A stretch of 64,000 nt of DNA from assembly GCA_029238125.1 (NCBI GenBank), contig JAQWGQ010000018.1:15252-79251 (forward strand). Reading direction: 5' to 3'. The notes beneath the pieces were generated by a model. That model was not told the origin of the DNA and ran no database searches. It saw only the letters and a program-made list of their open reading frames with translations. The position numbers and the translations under genes are program-made. This DNA comes from Flavobacteriaceae bacterium. GTDB taxonomy: Bacteria > Bacteroidota > Bacteroidia > Flavobacteriales > Flavobacteriaceae. Positions 45,669-54,911 of the stretch are shown in pieces; position 1 is the stretch's first letter, and each line of letters starts with the position of its first letter.

Positions 45669-48218
45669 TTAAAATTGCTGCCCGATGATAAAGTGTGTTT
45701 CCCAACCGTGGGGACTCAGATCGCCTTCAACGGGGCTATCAAACCCATATCCAAAATCGATTCCGAGAAGACCAAAGGCAGGCATAAAAATTCGAATCCC
45801 AAAACCAGCGGATCTCTTCATATCAAACGGATTATATTGCTTAAAATTGTTATAGGAGTTTCCTGCTTCCAAAAAACTCAATGCATAAATAGAAGCCGAC
45901 GGCTTGAGGGTGATTGGATACCGCAGCTCCAATGAAAACTTATTGTAAATCGTGGCGCCCTCATCATCAGAAAGAGACTGGTTTTCATATCCCCGCATAG
46001 CGATTGTTTCTCGCCCATCCATAGCGTACTGTGAAAGGCCATCCCCACCCAAATAGAAGCGTTCAAATGGAATAACACCACGACCTGTATTATATGCCCC
46101 TAGGTACCCAAACTCAGTGTGTGTTTTCAACACTAGCTTGTCAACGATATTGCTGTACCATGAGCCAGAAAATTTCAATTTGTAAAATTCCAACCACCGA
46201 AATTTTTCCTGATCAATTTTCGCTTGGTCTGGGGTTCCGTCTGGATTTTGATAGGCAGCTTGGTCTCCTAGGTTCGCATAGTCCACATTATTGACCAACG
46301 AATATGGAAATGAAACTTTTGCACTTACTGAAAACTGAGAACCTCCTAGGGGGAAAATGGGGTTGGTATAGGTGTTATTTCTCGAAAGGGCTACCGTATA
46401 GTACAGATTGTTAGACACGCCATCCCCAAAGGTAAACAAGCGAGTGTAGTAATTATTCAGATCATAATATTGATATCCAATGGCTTGAGAGAGGGTAAAG
46501 TAATCGTCAGGGACTTGCAAACGTTTGGCCATGCCGATATTTATGCCACGAATTTTAAAATATTCACTGGTGTTTGCACGACCTGTGAAATAATTGTATT
46601 TGTACTGGGTGGTTTGTGAAATCGAGGTTGAAAATTGAACAGGCTGTTTTCCGCCAAGCCACGGTTCGGAAAACGAAAAACTATAGGTTTCGTAAAAACG
46701 GCTTTTTTGCAAACGCAAGGACAACTGCTGACCATCACCCATAGGAACAGGTTTGTATGCCGATTTGTTCCAAATGTTTCGCATCGAAAAATTGCTGAAA
46801 CTCAACCCAAGCGTTCCAATAAATCCACCACCGCCATATCCACCCTGAAGCTCGATTTGACTGGCTCCTTTTTCAACGAGTCCGTACTCGATATCAACTG
46901 TTCCTGCATTGGGGTCTACGTTTTTAAAATCAGGAGAAATTTGCTCCGGATCAAAAAAACCGAGTTGTCCTAACTCACGAACAGACCGGACAACAAGATC
47001 TTTGCTGTATAAAGCGCCGGGCTTTGTGCGAAGTTCACGATAGATAACATGGTCATTAGTTCGATCATTTCCGACCACGGTGATTCGATTAAAATAAGCT
47101 GGCTTCCCTTCAATAATTCGAATTTCGAAGTTGATGGTATCGTTCTCGGCACTGATTTCGACAGGGTTTACAGACGAGAATAAATATCCATTGTTTTGAT
47201 ATAGGTTGGTCAAATCCTCTCCATCGGGCTTGGTGGGATCTGCAATCCGTTTGCGAAGTAATACCCCATTATAAGTATCCCCTTTATCGATTCCCAATAG
47301 GCGGGCAAGGTCTCGATCGGAATAGACACTATTCCCCAAAAAGTTAATGTCTCCAAAATAGTATTTGTTTCCCTCAACCACTTTGACTTGAACGTCGATT
47401 TCATTGTCATTGGAGATTATTGTATCAGAAACCATTCGGGCATCGCGATGCCCTTTTTCTTTATAGTAGTCGATAAGAGCACTCAGATCTTCGTTGTAAT
47501 CGTCTTCAATAAACTTTGATTTTTTCCAAAATCGACCAAAAAACTTACGCTTGGTGTTTTTGAATTGCTTTCGTAACGTACCATCACTGAATTCATCGTT
47601 GCCCTCAAATGTAATGGAATTGATTTTTACACGTTCACCACGATCGATAAAAATCAGCATTTTTTCACTGTTGCTGCCAACCGTATCCTTTTTGGTTTCG
47701 ATCGTGACTTTCGTATCCAAAAAGCCATCTTTTCGATATTTATTGACGATATAGTTTTCTGTGGTTTCTAAGAAGTTTTCACTGATTTTTAGCCCTTTTT
47801 TCAATCCTGTGTCGTCAATCAAACTTTGTAGTTTGCTCTTTTTGACCCCTGTGATGGTAAAATCAGAAAGTGTTGGAAGCTCTTGAATGTAGATCTCAAT
47901 ATCGGCAGTATCCCCTTCCACTCGTGTGAGGTAAAAATTGATGTCGCTAAAGAGCTCGAGTTTCCAAAGTTTGTTGATCACGGCACTGATGTCATCTCCA
48001 GGGATTCGAACTTGTTGCCCCGTTCGAAGACCTGTGTAGGCTACTACAGTTTGTGGGCTAAAACTTTTAATTCCAGTGACTTCAATTTTCCCTAAAGTGT
48101 ACAGTTTTCCCTGATCAAAAGAAGGGGTTTGTTGTGCCAATGAACTGCTACATACAGCCAGAAACAAAAAAATCCAAGGGGTGATATTATTCAGCAATTT
48201 GCTCACTCGTTTTTCCAA
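45669..48218 (-). CDS. bamA: Outer-membrane protein assembly factor BamA
   Basis: 849 aa with POTRA-like repeats and a C-terminal Omp85 barrel (...AGFGIRIFMPAFGLLGIDFGYGF...). The ORF track start is a TTG 32 nt inside uppS. The GTG at 48206 is an alternative. Confidence 0.93.
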   Translation of the reverse strand: MEKRVSKLLNNITPWIFLFLAVCSSSLAQQTPSFDQGKLYTLGKIEVTGIKSFSPQTVVAYTGLRTGQQVRIPGDDISAVINKLWKLELFSDINFYLTRVEGDTADIEIYIQELPTLSDFTITGVKKSKLQSLIDDTGLKKGLKISENFLETTENYIVNKYRKDGFLDTKVTIETKKDTVGSNSEKMLIFIDRGERVKINSITFEGNDEFSDGTLRKQFKNTKRKFFGRFWKKSKFIEDDYNEDLSALIDYYKEKGHRDARMVSDTIISNDNEIDVQVKVVEGNKYYFGDINFLGNSVYSDRDLARLLGIDKGDTYNGVLLRKRIADPTKPDGEDLTNLYQNNGYLFSSVNPVEISAENDTINFEIRIIEGKPAYFNRITVVGNDRTNDHVIYRELRTKPGALYSKDLVVRSVRELGQLGFFDPEQISPDFKNVDPNAGTVDIEYGLVEKGASQIELQGGYGGGGFIGTLGLSFSNFSMRNIWNKSAYKPVPMGDGQQLSLRLQKSRFYETYSFSFSEPWLGGKQPVQFSTSISQTTQYKYNYFTGRANTSEYFKIRGINIGMAKRLQVPDDYFTLSQAIGYQYYDLNNYYTRLFTFGDGVSNNLYYTVALSRNNTYTNPIFPLGGSQFSVSAKVSFPYSLVNNVDYANLGDQAAYQNPDGTPDQAKIDQEKFRWLEFYKLKFSGSWYSNIVDKLVLKTHTEFGYLGAYNTGRGVIPFERFYLGGDGLSQYAMDGRETIAMRGYENQSLSDDEGATIYNKFSLELRYPITLKPSASIYALSFLEAGNSYNNFKQYNPFDMKRSAGFGIRIFMPAFGLLGIDFGYGFDSPVEGDLSPHGWETHFIIGQQF

Positions 48219-48927
48219 ATCGACGTTCTCTTAGTTGATAATCTGTGATTGCGTTGTGTAGGGAAGTCTCGTCAAAATCAGGCCAAAGCTCATCAGTAAA
48301 ATACAATTCTGCATAAGCGATTTGCCACAGCAAAAAATTACTTATTCGGACTTCACCACTTGTGCGAATCAACAGATCGACATCTGGTAAATTTTGCGTG
48401 TAAAGATGCTTATTTATTATGTCTTCGTCAACATTTTCAACTGAAATTATGTTATTTTTAACTTTATAACTGATTTCTTGAATTGCACGTTGAATTTCTT
48501 GTCGTGCACCATAGCTTAAGGCGAGGGTCAGGACAAGCCCCGTATTTGTTTTGGTTTCGTCTAAGACCTCTTGCAATTCGTGTTGAACATTTTCGGGCAT
48601 CATATCTGTATGTCCAATCGCATTCAGTCGAATATTGTTCTTTTTCATCAAAGGCAGTTCGCGCTTTAACGCACTGACAAGTAACTTCATTAGCGTTTTG
48701 ACTTCTTGTTTTGGGCGGTTCCAGTTTTCAGTCGAAAACGCATACAGGGTCAGGTTCTTTATTCCCAAGCGGGCAGAGCTCTCTACAACTTTACGCACCG
48801 ATTTTGCCCCTTCACGGTGACCAAAAATACGGGGTTGGTTACGCAGCTTTGCCCAGCGACCATTTCCATCCATGATGATGGCAATGTGCTTTGGTAACCT
48901 TTTGATATCTATGTCAACTGCTGTCAT
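48187..48927 (-). CDS. uppS: Isoprenyl transferase (undecaprenyl-diphosphate synthase)
   Basis: HIAIIMDGNGRWA, TLYAFSTENWNRP and IRTSGEVRISNFLLWQIAYAELYF. The start ATG at 48927 forms an ATGA overlap with the upstream gene. Confidence 0.95.
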   Translation of the reverse strand: MTAVDIDIKRLPKHIAIIMDGNGRWAKLRNQPRIFGHREGAKSVRKVVESSARLGIKNLTLYAFSTENWNRPKQEVKTLMKLLVSALKRELPLMKKNNIRLNAIGHTDMMPENVQHELQEVLDETKTNTGLVLTLALSYGARQEIQRAIQEISYKVKNNIISVENVDEDIINKHLYTQNLPDVDLLIRTSGEVRISNFLLWQIAYAELYFTDELWPDFDETSLHNAITDYQLRERRFGKTSEQIAE

Positions 48928-49625
48928 AATAGACCTTCTATAAACCAACCACGACCAAAGGAATAGGAGAGGGAAAACCCGCTAAAGATGATCCAATCGT
49001 TACTTAAACTGTTTCCAAATGCTGGTTTTTGATCAATTCCGTCCACAAATGTAGGAAAACTTCCATCGAGGTTGTCGCTAAAGGTGTAAAGCGCCTTGAT
49101 TTCAAAACCCAATAGAAAATTCATGCCCAAACGGGTTTTGACACCAACCCCCATGGGAATCGCAAATGAAAAGTTATTGTTTTGATAATGGGCAACATAT
49201 TCACTCACGGAATAGTACAAGTCACGGTATTTTACATAACTCAACCCTGCAAATAGATAGGGTGACCACGAACTTTCAAAGTCAGAGAGATCCATTTCAA
49301 AATAATTGACCTCAAGTATAGCCGATGTATGGTTGATCGAATTGCTAAAACTGTTGGCACGTTCTTTTCGCAAGGGTTCTACCGATAGGGAGTCGATGCC
49401 CCGAATTGAACTCAAGCCAAGTTCGACACGAAAGGCAAAACGCGGTGAAAAATTGCTTTTGTAAAACAGGGTTGCCGAGGGCGTTTTGAGTGAGGGTTCA
49501 ACAAAAGTCGTCTTTCCGACCTCCCCAATGTAGTTCGTACCTCCGAGGAATAGCCCAACTTCGCGATATTGCGCATGGGCGAATATCATGGGAATAATCA
49601 GACTCAATAAAATGACTCTCAACAC
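48924..49625 (-). CDS. Outer-membrane beta-barrel protein (DUF6089-like)
   Basis: Signal peptide MLRVILLSLIIPMIFAHAQ, alternating-strand pattern and a C-terminal aromatic residue. Position is upstream of uppS. Confidence 0.55.
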   Translation of the reverse strand: MLRVILLSLIIPMIFAHAQYREVGLFLGGTNYIGEVGKTTFVEPSLKTPSATLFYKSNFSPRFAFRVELGLSSIRGIDSLSVEPLRKERANSFSNSINHTSAILEVNYFEMDLSDFESSWSPYLFAGLSYVKYRDLYYSVSEYVAHYQNNNFSFAIPMGVGVKTRLGMNFLLGFEIKALYTFSDNLDGSFPTFVDGIDQKPAFGNSLSNDWIIFSGFSLSYSFGRGWFIEGLL

Positions 49626-49673
49626 GGTACAGGATTTACGTATGTTAAACGAATCAAGATTTGTATTTATTGC

Positions 49674-50543
49674 TCAATTGCGTCGGTCTTTTCCCCAATG
49701 GAGTTTGTTGCGCAAGGTTTTGAAATAGCTATCATCGTTTAGGCGTGCCAAATGTAAGGGAAATGCTGCTTTTTGAATGCGAATCTCTTGTCCTGTAGGA
49801 ATGGTGTGAATTCGCGAGTCCAAAGACAATAGGTGTGCGTCTTCGCGACTGCTGACACGGAGCTCAACCACGTCTTCTTCAGAGATTACCAAAGGGCGCG
49901 CATTGAGATTGTGAGGCGCAATGGGCGTTAGCACCAAGGACTTACTATTTGGGTCGATAATCGGTCCGCCATTGCTGAGAGAATAACCCGTTGACCCAGT
50001 GGGCGTAGAAACAATAAACCCATCTGCCCAGTAGGAATTGAGTGGTTCCCCATTGATTTTGGTGTGAACCGTAATCATTGCGGTTGTATTTTTTCGACTC
50101 ACTCCAACTTCGTTTAATGCCAAAGGGAAAGCGGCAAGGTCTGCCGACGCACCCTCGATAACTACTTCGAGCAAACTCCGCTTCTCAACACGGTATTGAC
50201 GGTCTACAAATGCTTGAAGGGCTACTTGGATATCATCGGCTTGAAGGGTCGCCAAAAACCCAAGTCGACCCGTGTTGACCCCAATCACGGGAATCTCTGT
50301 ATCACGAATCAACTCCAATGAGCGGAGTAGGGTGCCATCCCCACCAACTGAAAAAAAGACATCGGTGTCTTTACCCAAATCAGTATGTGTAGAAAATGAA
50401 GAAAGCGATTGGTTTTTTAACCATTTACAAATGGCCTCATGGCAAGTCACAGTGACACCCATTGTATGAGCGGATTCTATAAGATAACGAACAGTTTGTT
50501 GGCAAGCTTCGTCTTGAAGGGAGCTGTACACAGCAATTTTCAT
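49674..50543 (-). CDS. nadK: NAD kinase
   Basis: GGDGTLL motif (FFSVGGDGTLLRS), NTGRLGFL and TPTGSTGYSLSNGGPI. 289 aa. Confidence 0.95.
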   Translation of the reverse strand: MKIAVYSSLQDEACQQTVRYLIESAHTMGVTVTCHEAICKWLKNQSLSSFSTHTDLGKDTDVFFSVGGDGTLLRSLELIRDTEIPVIGVNTGRLGFLATLQADDIQVALQAFVDRQYRVEKRSLLEVVIEGASADLAAFPLALNEVGVSRKNTTAMITVHTKINGEPLNSYWADGFIVSTPTGSTGYSLSNGGPIIDPNSKSLVLTPIAPHNLNARPLVISEEDVVELRVSSREDAHLLSLDSRIHTIPTGQEIRIQKAAFPLHLARLNDDSYFKTLRNKLHWGKDRRN

Positions 50544-50549
50544 GGGCGA

Positions 50550-50858
50550 CTAAATCGAGAGGTATTTGTCTAAATACGAAGCGTGTTCCTGCAACTTGTC
50601 TTCCCAATTATCCTCATCATGCTTGCTCAATACTTCATAACCAAATCGGCGAAGTGTTGGCAAAAGATGCTTTAGATCTTGCGGGTCAACCGTGAGTAAA
50701 ATATCTACACAATCTGCATGCTGACGTTCGAGATGCAGACTCGTAATTTCCACATCACTAAGCTCGAGAAGTTGTATCAGGTCTGACAACAAAAAGTCAA
50801 CGCGGCTTTTGCGAATGCTGAGTTTTGTGAGGTTTTGATAAACGGTTGCTTCGTGCAT
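50550..50858 (-). CDS. Short ACT-like domain protein (hypothetical)
   Basis: A 103-aa product starting at Met MHEATVYQNL..., with a beta-alpha-beta-beta-alpha-beta-like pattern (VDFLLSDLIQLLELSDVEITSLHLERQHADCVDILLTVDPQDLKHLLPTLRRFGYEVL). The longer ORF-track N-terminus (to 51080) overlaps pdxJ and looks non-coding. Confidence 0.4.
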   Translation of the reverse strand: MHEATVYQNLTKLSIRKSRVDFLLSDLIQLLELSDVEITSLHLERQHADCVDILLTVDPQDLKHLLPTLRRFGYEVLSKHDEDNWEDKLQEHASYLDKYLSI

Positions 50859-50928
50859 AACTATAGCCAAAATAACGAAAAAAGTGGACAAACCGCTCGA
50901 TTCCATGTATTTTTGCCAAAAAAAGAAA

Positions 50929-51642
50929 ATGACAAGTTTAAGTGTCAATGTCAACAAAATCGCCACTTTGCGCAATGCACGTGGAGGCGATATGCCCAAT
51001 CTTGTACAAACGGCCAAAGACCTGGAGAGCTTTGGGGCACAAGGGATTACCATCCATCCACGTCCTGATGAGCGCCACATTCGCTATCAAGACGCTTATG
51101 ATCTCAAAGAGGTGGTACAAACCGAACTCAATATCGAGGGCAATCCCATTCCCAAGTTTGTGGACCTTGTTTTGGCAGTCAACCCCGCACAAGTGACCCT
51201 CGTCCCCGATTCCGAAGATGCCATAACTTCTAATGCGGGTTGGGATACCATTCAACACAAATCTTTTTTGACGGAAGTCATACAAGAATTTAAATCCAAT
51301 GGCATTCGGACTTCTATTTTTCTCGATCCTGACCCCAATCAAGTCGATGGCGCAAAAGCCACAGAAACAGACCGCATTGAACTCTATACTGAGGCCTATG
51401 CGAATGGGTTTCCCAAAAACCCTAAAGCCGCTATCGCACCCTATGCAGAAACGGCAAAACGGGCAGCAGAACTCGAAATCGGACTCAATGCAGGGCATGA
51501 CCTCAACTTGCAAAACATCGCCTATTTTTATCAACATATTCCTAATTTGCTCGAAGTTTCAATCGGGCATGCGCTCATCTGTGAATCGCTCTATTTTGGA
51601 CTTGAAAATGTGGTCAATCAATACCGCGCCAAACTCGTATGA
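50929..51642 (+). CDS. pdxJ: Pyridoxine 5'-phosphate synthase
   Basis: LSVNVNKIATLRNARGG, ITIHPRPDERHI, NIEGNP, VTLVPD and NAGHDLN. Start at the ATG at 50929. Confidence 0.95.
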   Translation: MTSLSVNVNKIATLRNARGGDMPNLVQTAKDLESFGAQGITIHPRPDERHIRYQDAYDLKEVVQTELNIEGNPIPKFVDLVLAVNPAQVTLVPDSEDAITSNAGWDTIQHKSFLTEVIQEFKSNGIRTSIFLDPDPNQVDGAKATETDRIELYTEAYANGFPKNPKAAIAPYAETAKRAAELEIGLNAGHDLNLQNIAYFYQHIPNLLEVSIGHALICESLYFGLENVVNQYRAKLV

Positions 51643-52406
51643 GCTTGCTCCATAGTCAAATTCTAGGAACGGGAAAGCCCTTGTTGGTCCTCCATGGCTT
51701 TTTGGGCATGTCCGACAACTGGCGCACCATGGGCAAGCAATGGGCAGCCCATTTTGAGGTGCACCTTATTGACTTGCGCAATCACGGGCGTAGCTTTCAC
51801 AGTGATGCGTTTTCCTATCCCGATATGGCAGCGGATTTGGCGGCCTATTGCGATCATTATCAACTGCAGCAAGTCATCGTTTTGGGACATTCCATGGGAG
51901 GTAAACTGGCGATGCATTATGCAACTTCCAATCCCGAACAAGTCGAAAAACTGATTGTTGCCGATATTGCGCCCAAGGCCTACCCACCACATCACGATCA
52001 CATTTTGGAAGGGCTGATGGACTTACACACCCATCCCCCCGAATCTCGTGGTAATGCCGATCAGCGTCTCAGCCAGTTGGTAACTGACCAAGGAACACGC
52101 TGGTTTTTGCTTAAAAATCTGTACCGTACCCCCGATGGTTTTGCGCTGCGAATCAACGCTCCTGTGTTGCAAGGCCAGGTTGGGCAAGTGATGATGGCCT
52201 CCGATGCGAACTATCCCGGACTAACGCTGTTTTTGGCAGGGGAAAAATCAGATTATATTTTGCCGCAAGACCACGCACAAATCGCTTCACAATTCCCCCA
52301 AGCCATAGTCAAAACCATTCCCAAAGCGGGGCATTGGCTCCATGCCGAAAACCCCACGGCCTTTGCTGCGGAGGTGGCTGATTTTTTGGGGATTGGCTCG
52401 GGTTAG
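51639..52406 (+). CDS. Alpha/beta-fold hydrolase
   Basis: Nucleophile elbow GHSMGG and LVLHGFLG, with a C-terminal GHWLHAENP. ATGA overlap with pdxJ. Confidence 0.88.
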   Translation: MSLLHSQILGTGKPLLVLHGFLGMSDNWRTMGKQWAAHFEVHLIDLRNHGRSFHSDAFSYPDMAADLAAYCDHYQLQQVIVLGHSMGGKLAMHYATSNPEQVEKLIVADIAPKAYPPHHDHILEGLMDLHTHPPESRGNADQRLSQLVTDQGTRWFLLKNLYRTPDGFALRINAPVLQGQVGQVMMASDANYPGLTLFLAGEKSDYILPQDHAQIASQFPQAIVKTIPKAGHWLHAENPTAFAAEVADFLGIGSG

Positions 52407-52551
52407 CAACAATTTTTAAGGGATTCTCATATAGTAAATAGTTTTAACAGTTTTTAATAACAACTCCTCATTTTTAACAACAAAGTGATCTGAATCTTTG
52501 CTTTGTGATGAAAATTAATATATAACTTACTTCACATCAAATCTCCAGATC

Positions 52552-52722
52552 ATGAAACATGTACACAGCTTTCGGCTACTTAGGATTTTATTTGTGGGAC
52601 TATTGTTTACGTCTTGTCTTCAAGATGAAGAATTTATAGACACAGACTTACAAGAAGTTGACCCCCGATTCACGGTTGATTTTGCACAAAAGCTAAACAA
52701 TCCTACACCATTGAAAACATGA
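52552..52722 (+). pseudogene. 56-aa ORF encoding only a lipoprotein signal peptide plus a short linker, probably the detached 5' end of the next gene
   Basis: MKHVHSFRLLRILFVGLLFTSCLQDEEFIDTDLQEVDPRFTVDFAQKLNNPTPLKT*. The lipobox is LLFTSC. Its TGA (52720-52722) overlaps the ATG (52719-52721) of the 567-aa ORF in another frame. It is too short to appear in the ORF track. Confidence 0.55.
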
Positions 52723-54422
52723 CCAAGGCAGTTGACTCGATCAAAGCAAAGTTGGCCGCTGGTGATTATGGTGACCTAGACGCAGAAGTTTTTCAAACCT
52801 TGGAAGTACGCCCAACACACTACTACGTCCAATTTTCACCCGCTGATGAGAAACAAGAAAGCATACTCAAAAGGGATAGCACGATGGTATTGTCTGACTA
52901 CCCTTTAGATTATGAGTTTTCGGATGCGTTTTTTAAAACGCGCCCAGACCTTACCAATAGAAAGATACCTCAGTATTATGTGGCAGTACCTGTCGATAAA
53001 AAAATCCCAACGGAGGTGCCTCATAAGATTCTGGAAGAATTATTTATTCCTGAGGAATTACCTGCTTTTAATCCCAAACCAACTCCATTTGCTAAAGTGA
53101 GTGCGCTTCAAACGCAAGCAATCAAAAACGATGAGCTTGTGTTGGGACATTTACTAGACAAGGCATACAGCATTTCTGGCTACAGTGAACAGCTACAGAA
53201 AAAAGAAACTGATGAAGGAGGAACAGAAATGCCAGAATCAAGATATATAGGTCCTCAATGGACACCTTCTGGAACGATAATGATTTGGGACGATAATATT
53301 GGAAGTACCACGACCACGACGATTGTGGGCTATGAAGAACGACCTTGTGAAGACGATGACGAAAGAAGAGAACCGATTATGTGTTCATATCCAATCTACG
53401 AAACGGTAACCACAACTACACCGGGGAGTTATGTTCCTCTTGAAGGTGCACAGGTATTGATTCGCCAACTCTTTACGGTTCGTCAGGGGATTACAGATGC
53501 CAATGGTTATTTTAGCACGGGAACCGTACGTGGCAGAGCGAGATATATCATTCAATGGGAGCGGTATCACTACAGCATTCGTAGTGGTACGATAGGCCAA
53601 GCAGAAACAAGAGGGCCAAAACAGCGAAGTGCGTGGAACTACAATATCCAAGATGGGAGTTTGTCGCAATACTATGGAATGATTCATTCCGCTGCTCACG
53701 ACTATTATTATGGAGATCGGTTTGGACTGACTTCACCTCCGCAAAATGACTTTTTTAGTACCCAAATGAAGATTGGTGCTTACGAGGAAAGCGCAACATC
53801 ATCAAGCGTTCATCAAAGAGGGGATTGGACATTAGGACTATTAGCCCACATACATATAAAAAAATGGGAAAGCCCCTGTGAAAGCGTTTACGGCGTAACA
53901 ATTCATGAATTAGCCCATGCGGCACATTCAGACTTAGACCGTGAGTCCTATAATGACTTAGTGTGGGACGGCTGGATAAGTCCTTGTTTGCCATCAGCAG
54001 AAAGTTGTGATAATCCAGGACCAACGGGCAACAGAAACCGCCGACTTCTAGAAACATGGGCTACTACCGTAGAAATTGCGTTTGCCTTAAAAAGATATAG
54101 AGACGAGTTTAACCAACCTGATTATGAATATGAAAAAAGACTAAGCTCAATAAACAACTCTGGGAATTTCCAGTATTTTACAATTGATCAAGAGAATCAC
54201 TATACTTCAGGAGGATGGGATATGATTGATGATTTTAATCAACGAAGTGATTTTGGAAGTAATTTCCCTTTAGATCAAGTTGAGGGGTACTCGATTACTC
54301 AGCTAGAGAATGCCCTAGTTGGCGCAGAATATTGGAATGCTTGGAAAGACAATATCAAAAGTTTGTACCATAACGAAACAGAGGAATACCTAGATGAATT
54401 ATTTGCCAATTGGGAAGATTAA
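52719..54422 (+). CDS. HEXXH zinc-metallopeptidase-like protein with a CarboxypepD_reg-like beta-sandwich segment (no signal peptide of its own)
   Basis: HELAH at 53904-53918 (YGVTIHELAHAAHSD), with a candidate downstream Glu ligand in LLETWATTVE. GAQVLIRQLFTVRQGITDANGYFSTGTV resembles a CarboxypepD_reg segment. Poly-Thr linkers are present. The frame is open upstream only to 52680. Confidence 0.5.
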   Translation: MTKAVDSIKAKLAAGDYGDLDAEVFQTLEVRPTHYYVQFSPADEKQESILKRDSTMVLSDYPLDYEFSDAFFKTRPDLTNRKIPQYYVAVPVDKKIPTEVPHKILEELFIPEELPAFNPKPTPFAKVSALQTQAIKNDELVLGHLLDKAYSISGYSEQLQKKETDEGGTEMPESRYIGPQWTPSGTIMIWDDNIGSTTTTTIVGYEERPCEDDDERREPIMCSYPIYETVTTTTPGSYVPLEGAQVLIRQLFTVRQGITDANGYFSTGTVRGRARYIIQWERYHYSIRSGTIGQAETRGPKQRSAWNYNIQDGSLSQYYGMIHSAAHDYYYGDRFGLTSPPQNDFFSTQMKIGAYEESATSSSVHQRGDWTLGLLAHIHIKKWESPCESVYGVTIHELAHAAHSDLDRESYNDLVWDGWISPCLPSAESCDNPGPTGNRNRRLLETWATTVEIAFALKRYRDEFNQPDYEYEKRLSSINNSGNFQYFTIDQENHYTSGGWDMIDDFNQRSDFGSNFPLDQVEGYSITQLENALVGAEYWNAWKDNIKSLYHNETEEYLDELFANWED

Positions 54423-54433
54423 ATAAATTGAAG

Positions 54434-54868
54434 ATGAAACGATTTTTATTTTTATTATTATGTTTATCTCAGTGTGCTACTGATTGTGGGTCTGGTGAAT
54501 TTTACAGCTATACTGTCATAAATAAAAGTGGAAAAAATGTAATAATTGAAGGCTATTTGCTAGGTTTTCCCGATGTACCACCTCTTGTTAATTACATTGA
54601 GAGTGGAATGGAGTTAACAAAAACACATCAAGATCATTTACCCCCATCACCATATAGCTTTAGAAATTTTTTTGGAGACATCAACGACCCAAGGGACTCA
54701 ATTAAGATTATATATGGCACTCATAAAGTAAGTTTTTTCACTGAAGAACACTCGGAAAATAAAAGAAACCCTCTGAATTTAAAAATTTATAACACGAATA
54801 AAGAAGTATTTAACCTCACGGTAGAAGACTATGAAAACGCAGAAGATTGCAATGGGGATTGTGAATGA
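54434..54868 (+). CDS. Small secreted protein or lipoprotein with CX3C pairs at both ends (hypothetical)
   Basis: MKRFLFLLLCLSQCATDCGSGE... ...NAEDCNGDCE. 144 aa and very AT-rich. It starts 12 nt after the HEXXH gene. Confidence 0.5.
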   Translation: MKRFLFLLLCLSQCATDCGSGEFYSYTVINKSGKNVIIEGYLLGFPDVPPLVNYIESGMELTKTHQDHLPPSPYSFRNFFGDINDPRDSIKIIYGTHKVSFFTEEHSENKRNPLNLKIYNTNKEVFNLTVEDYENAEDCNGDCE

Positions 54869-54911
54869 TAGTGAGTTGCAAATGAACCAATAACTGTAAA
54901 CATACAGCCCC

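Noticed and set aside
50938-51537. A 199-aa ORF antisense to pdxJ, and the 74-codon N-terminal extension of ORF 50550..51080
   Set aside because: pdxJ on the plus strand has unmistakable family motifs over the same bases. The antisense translations have no recognisable features.
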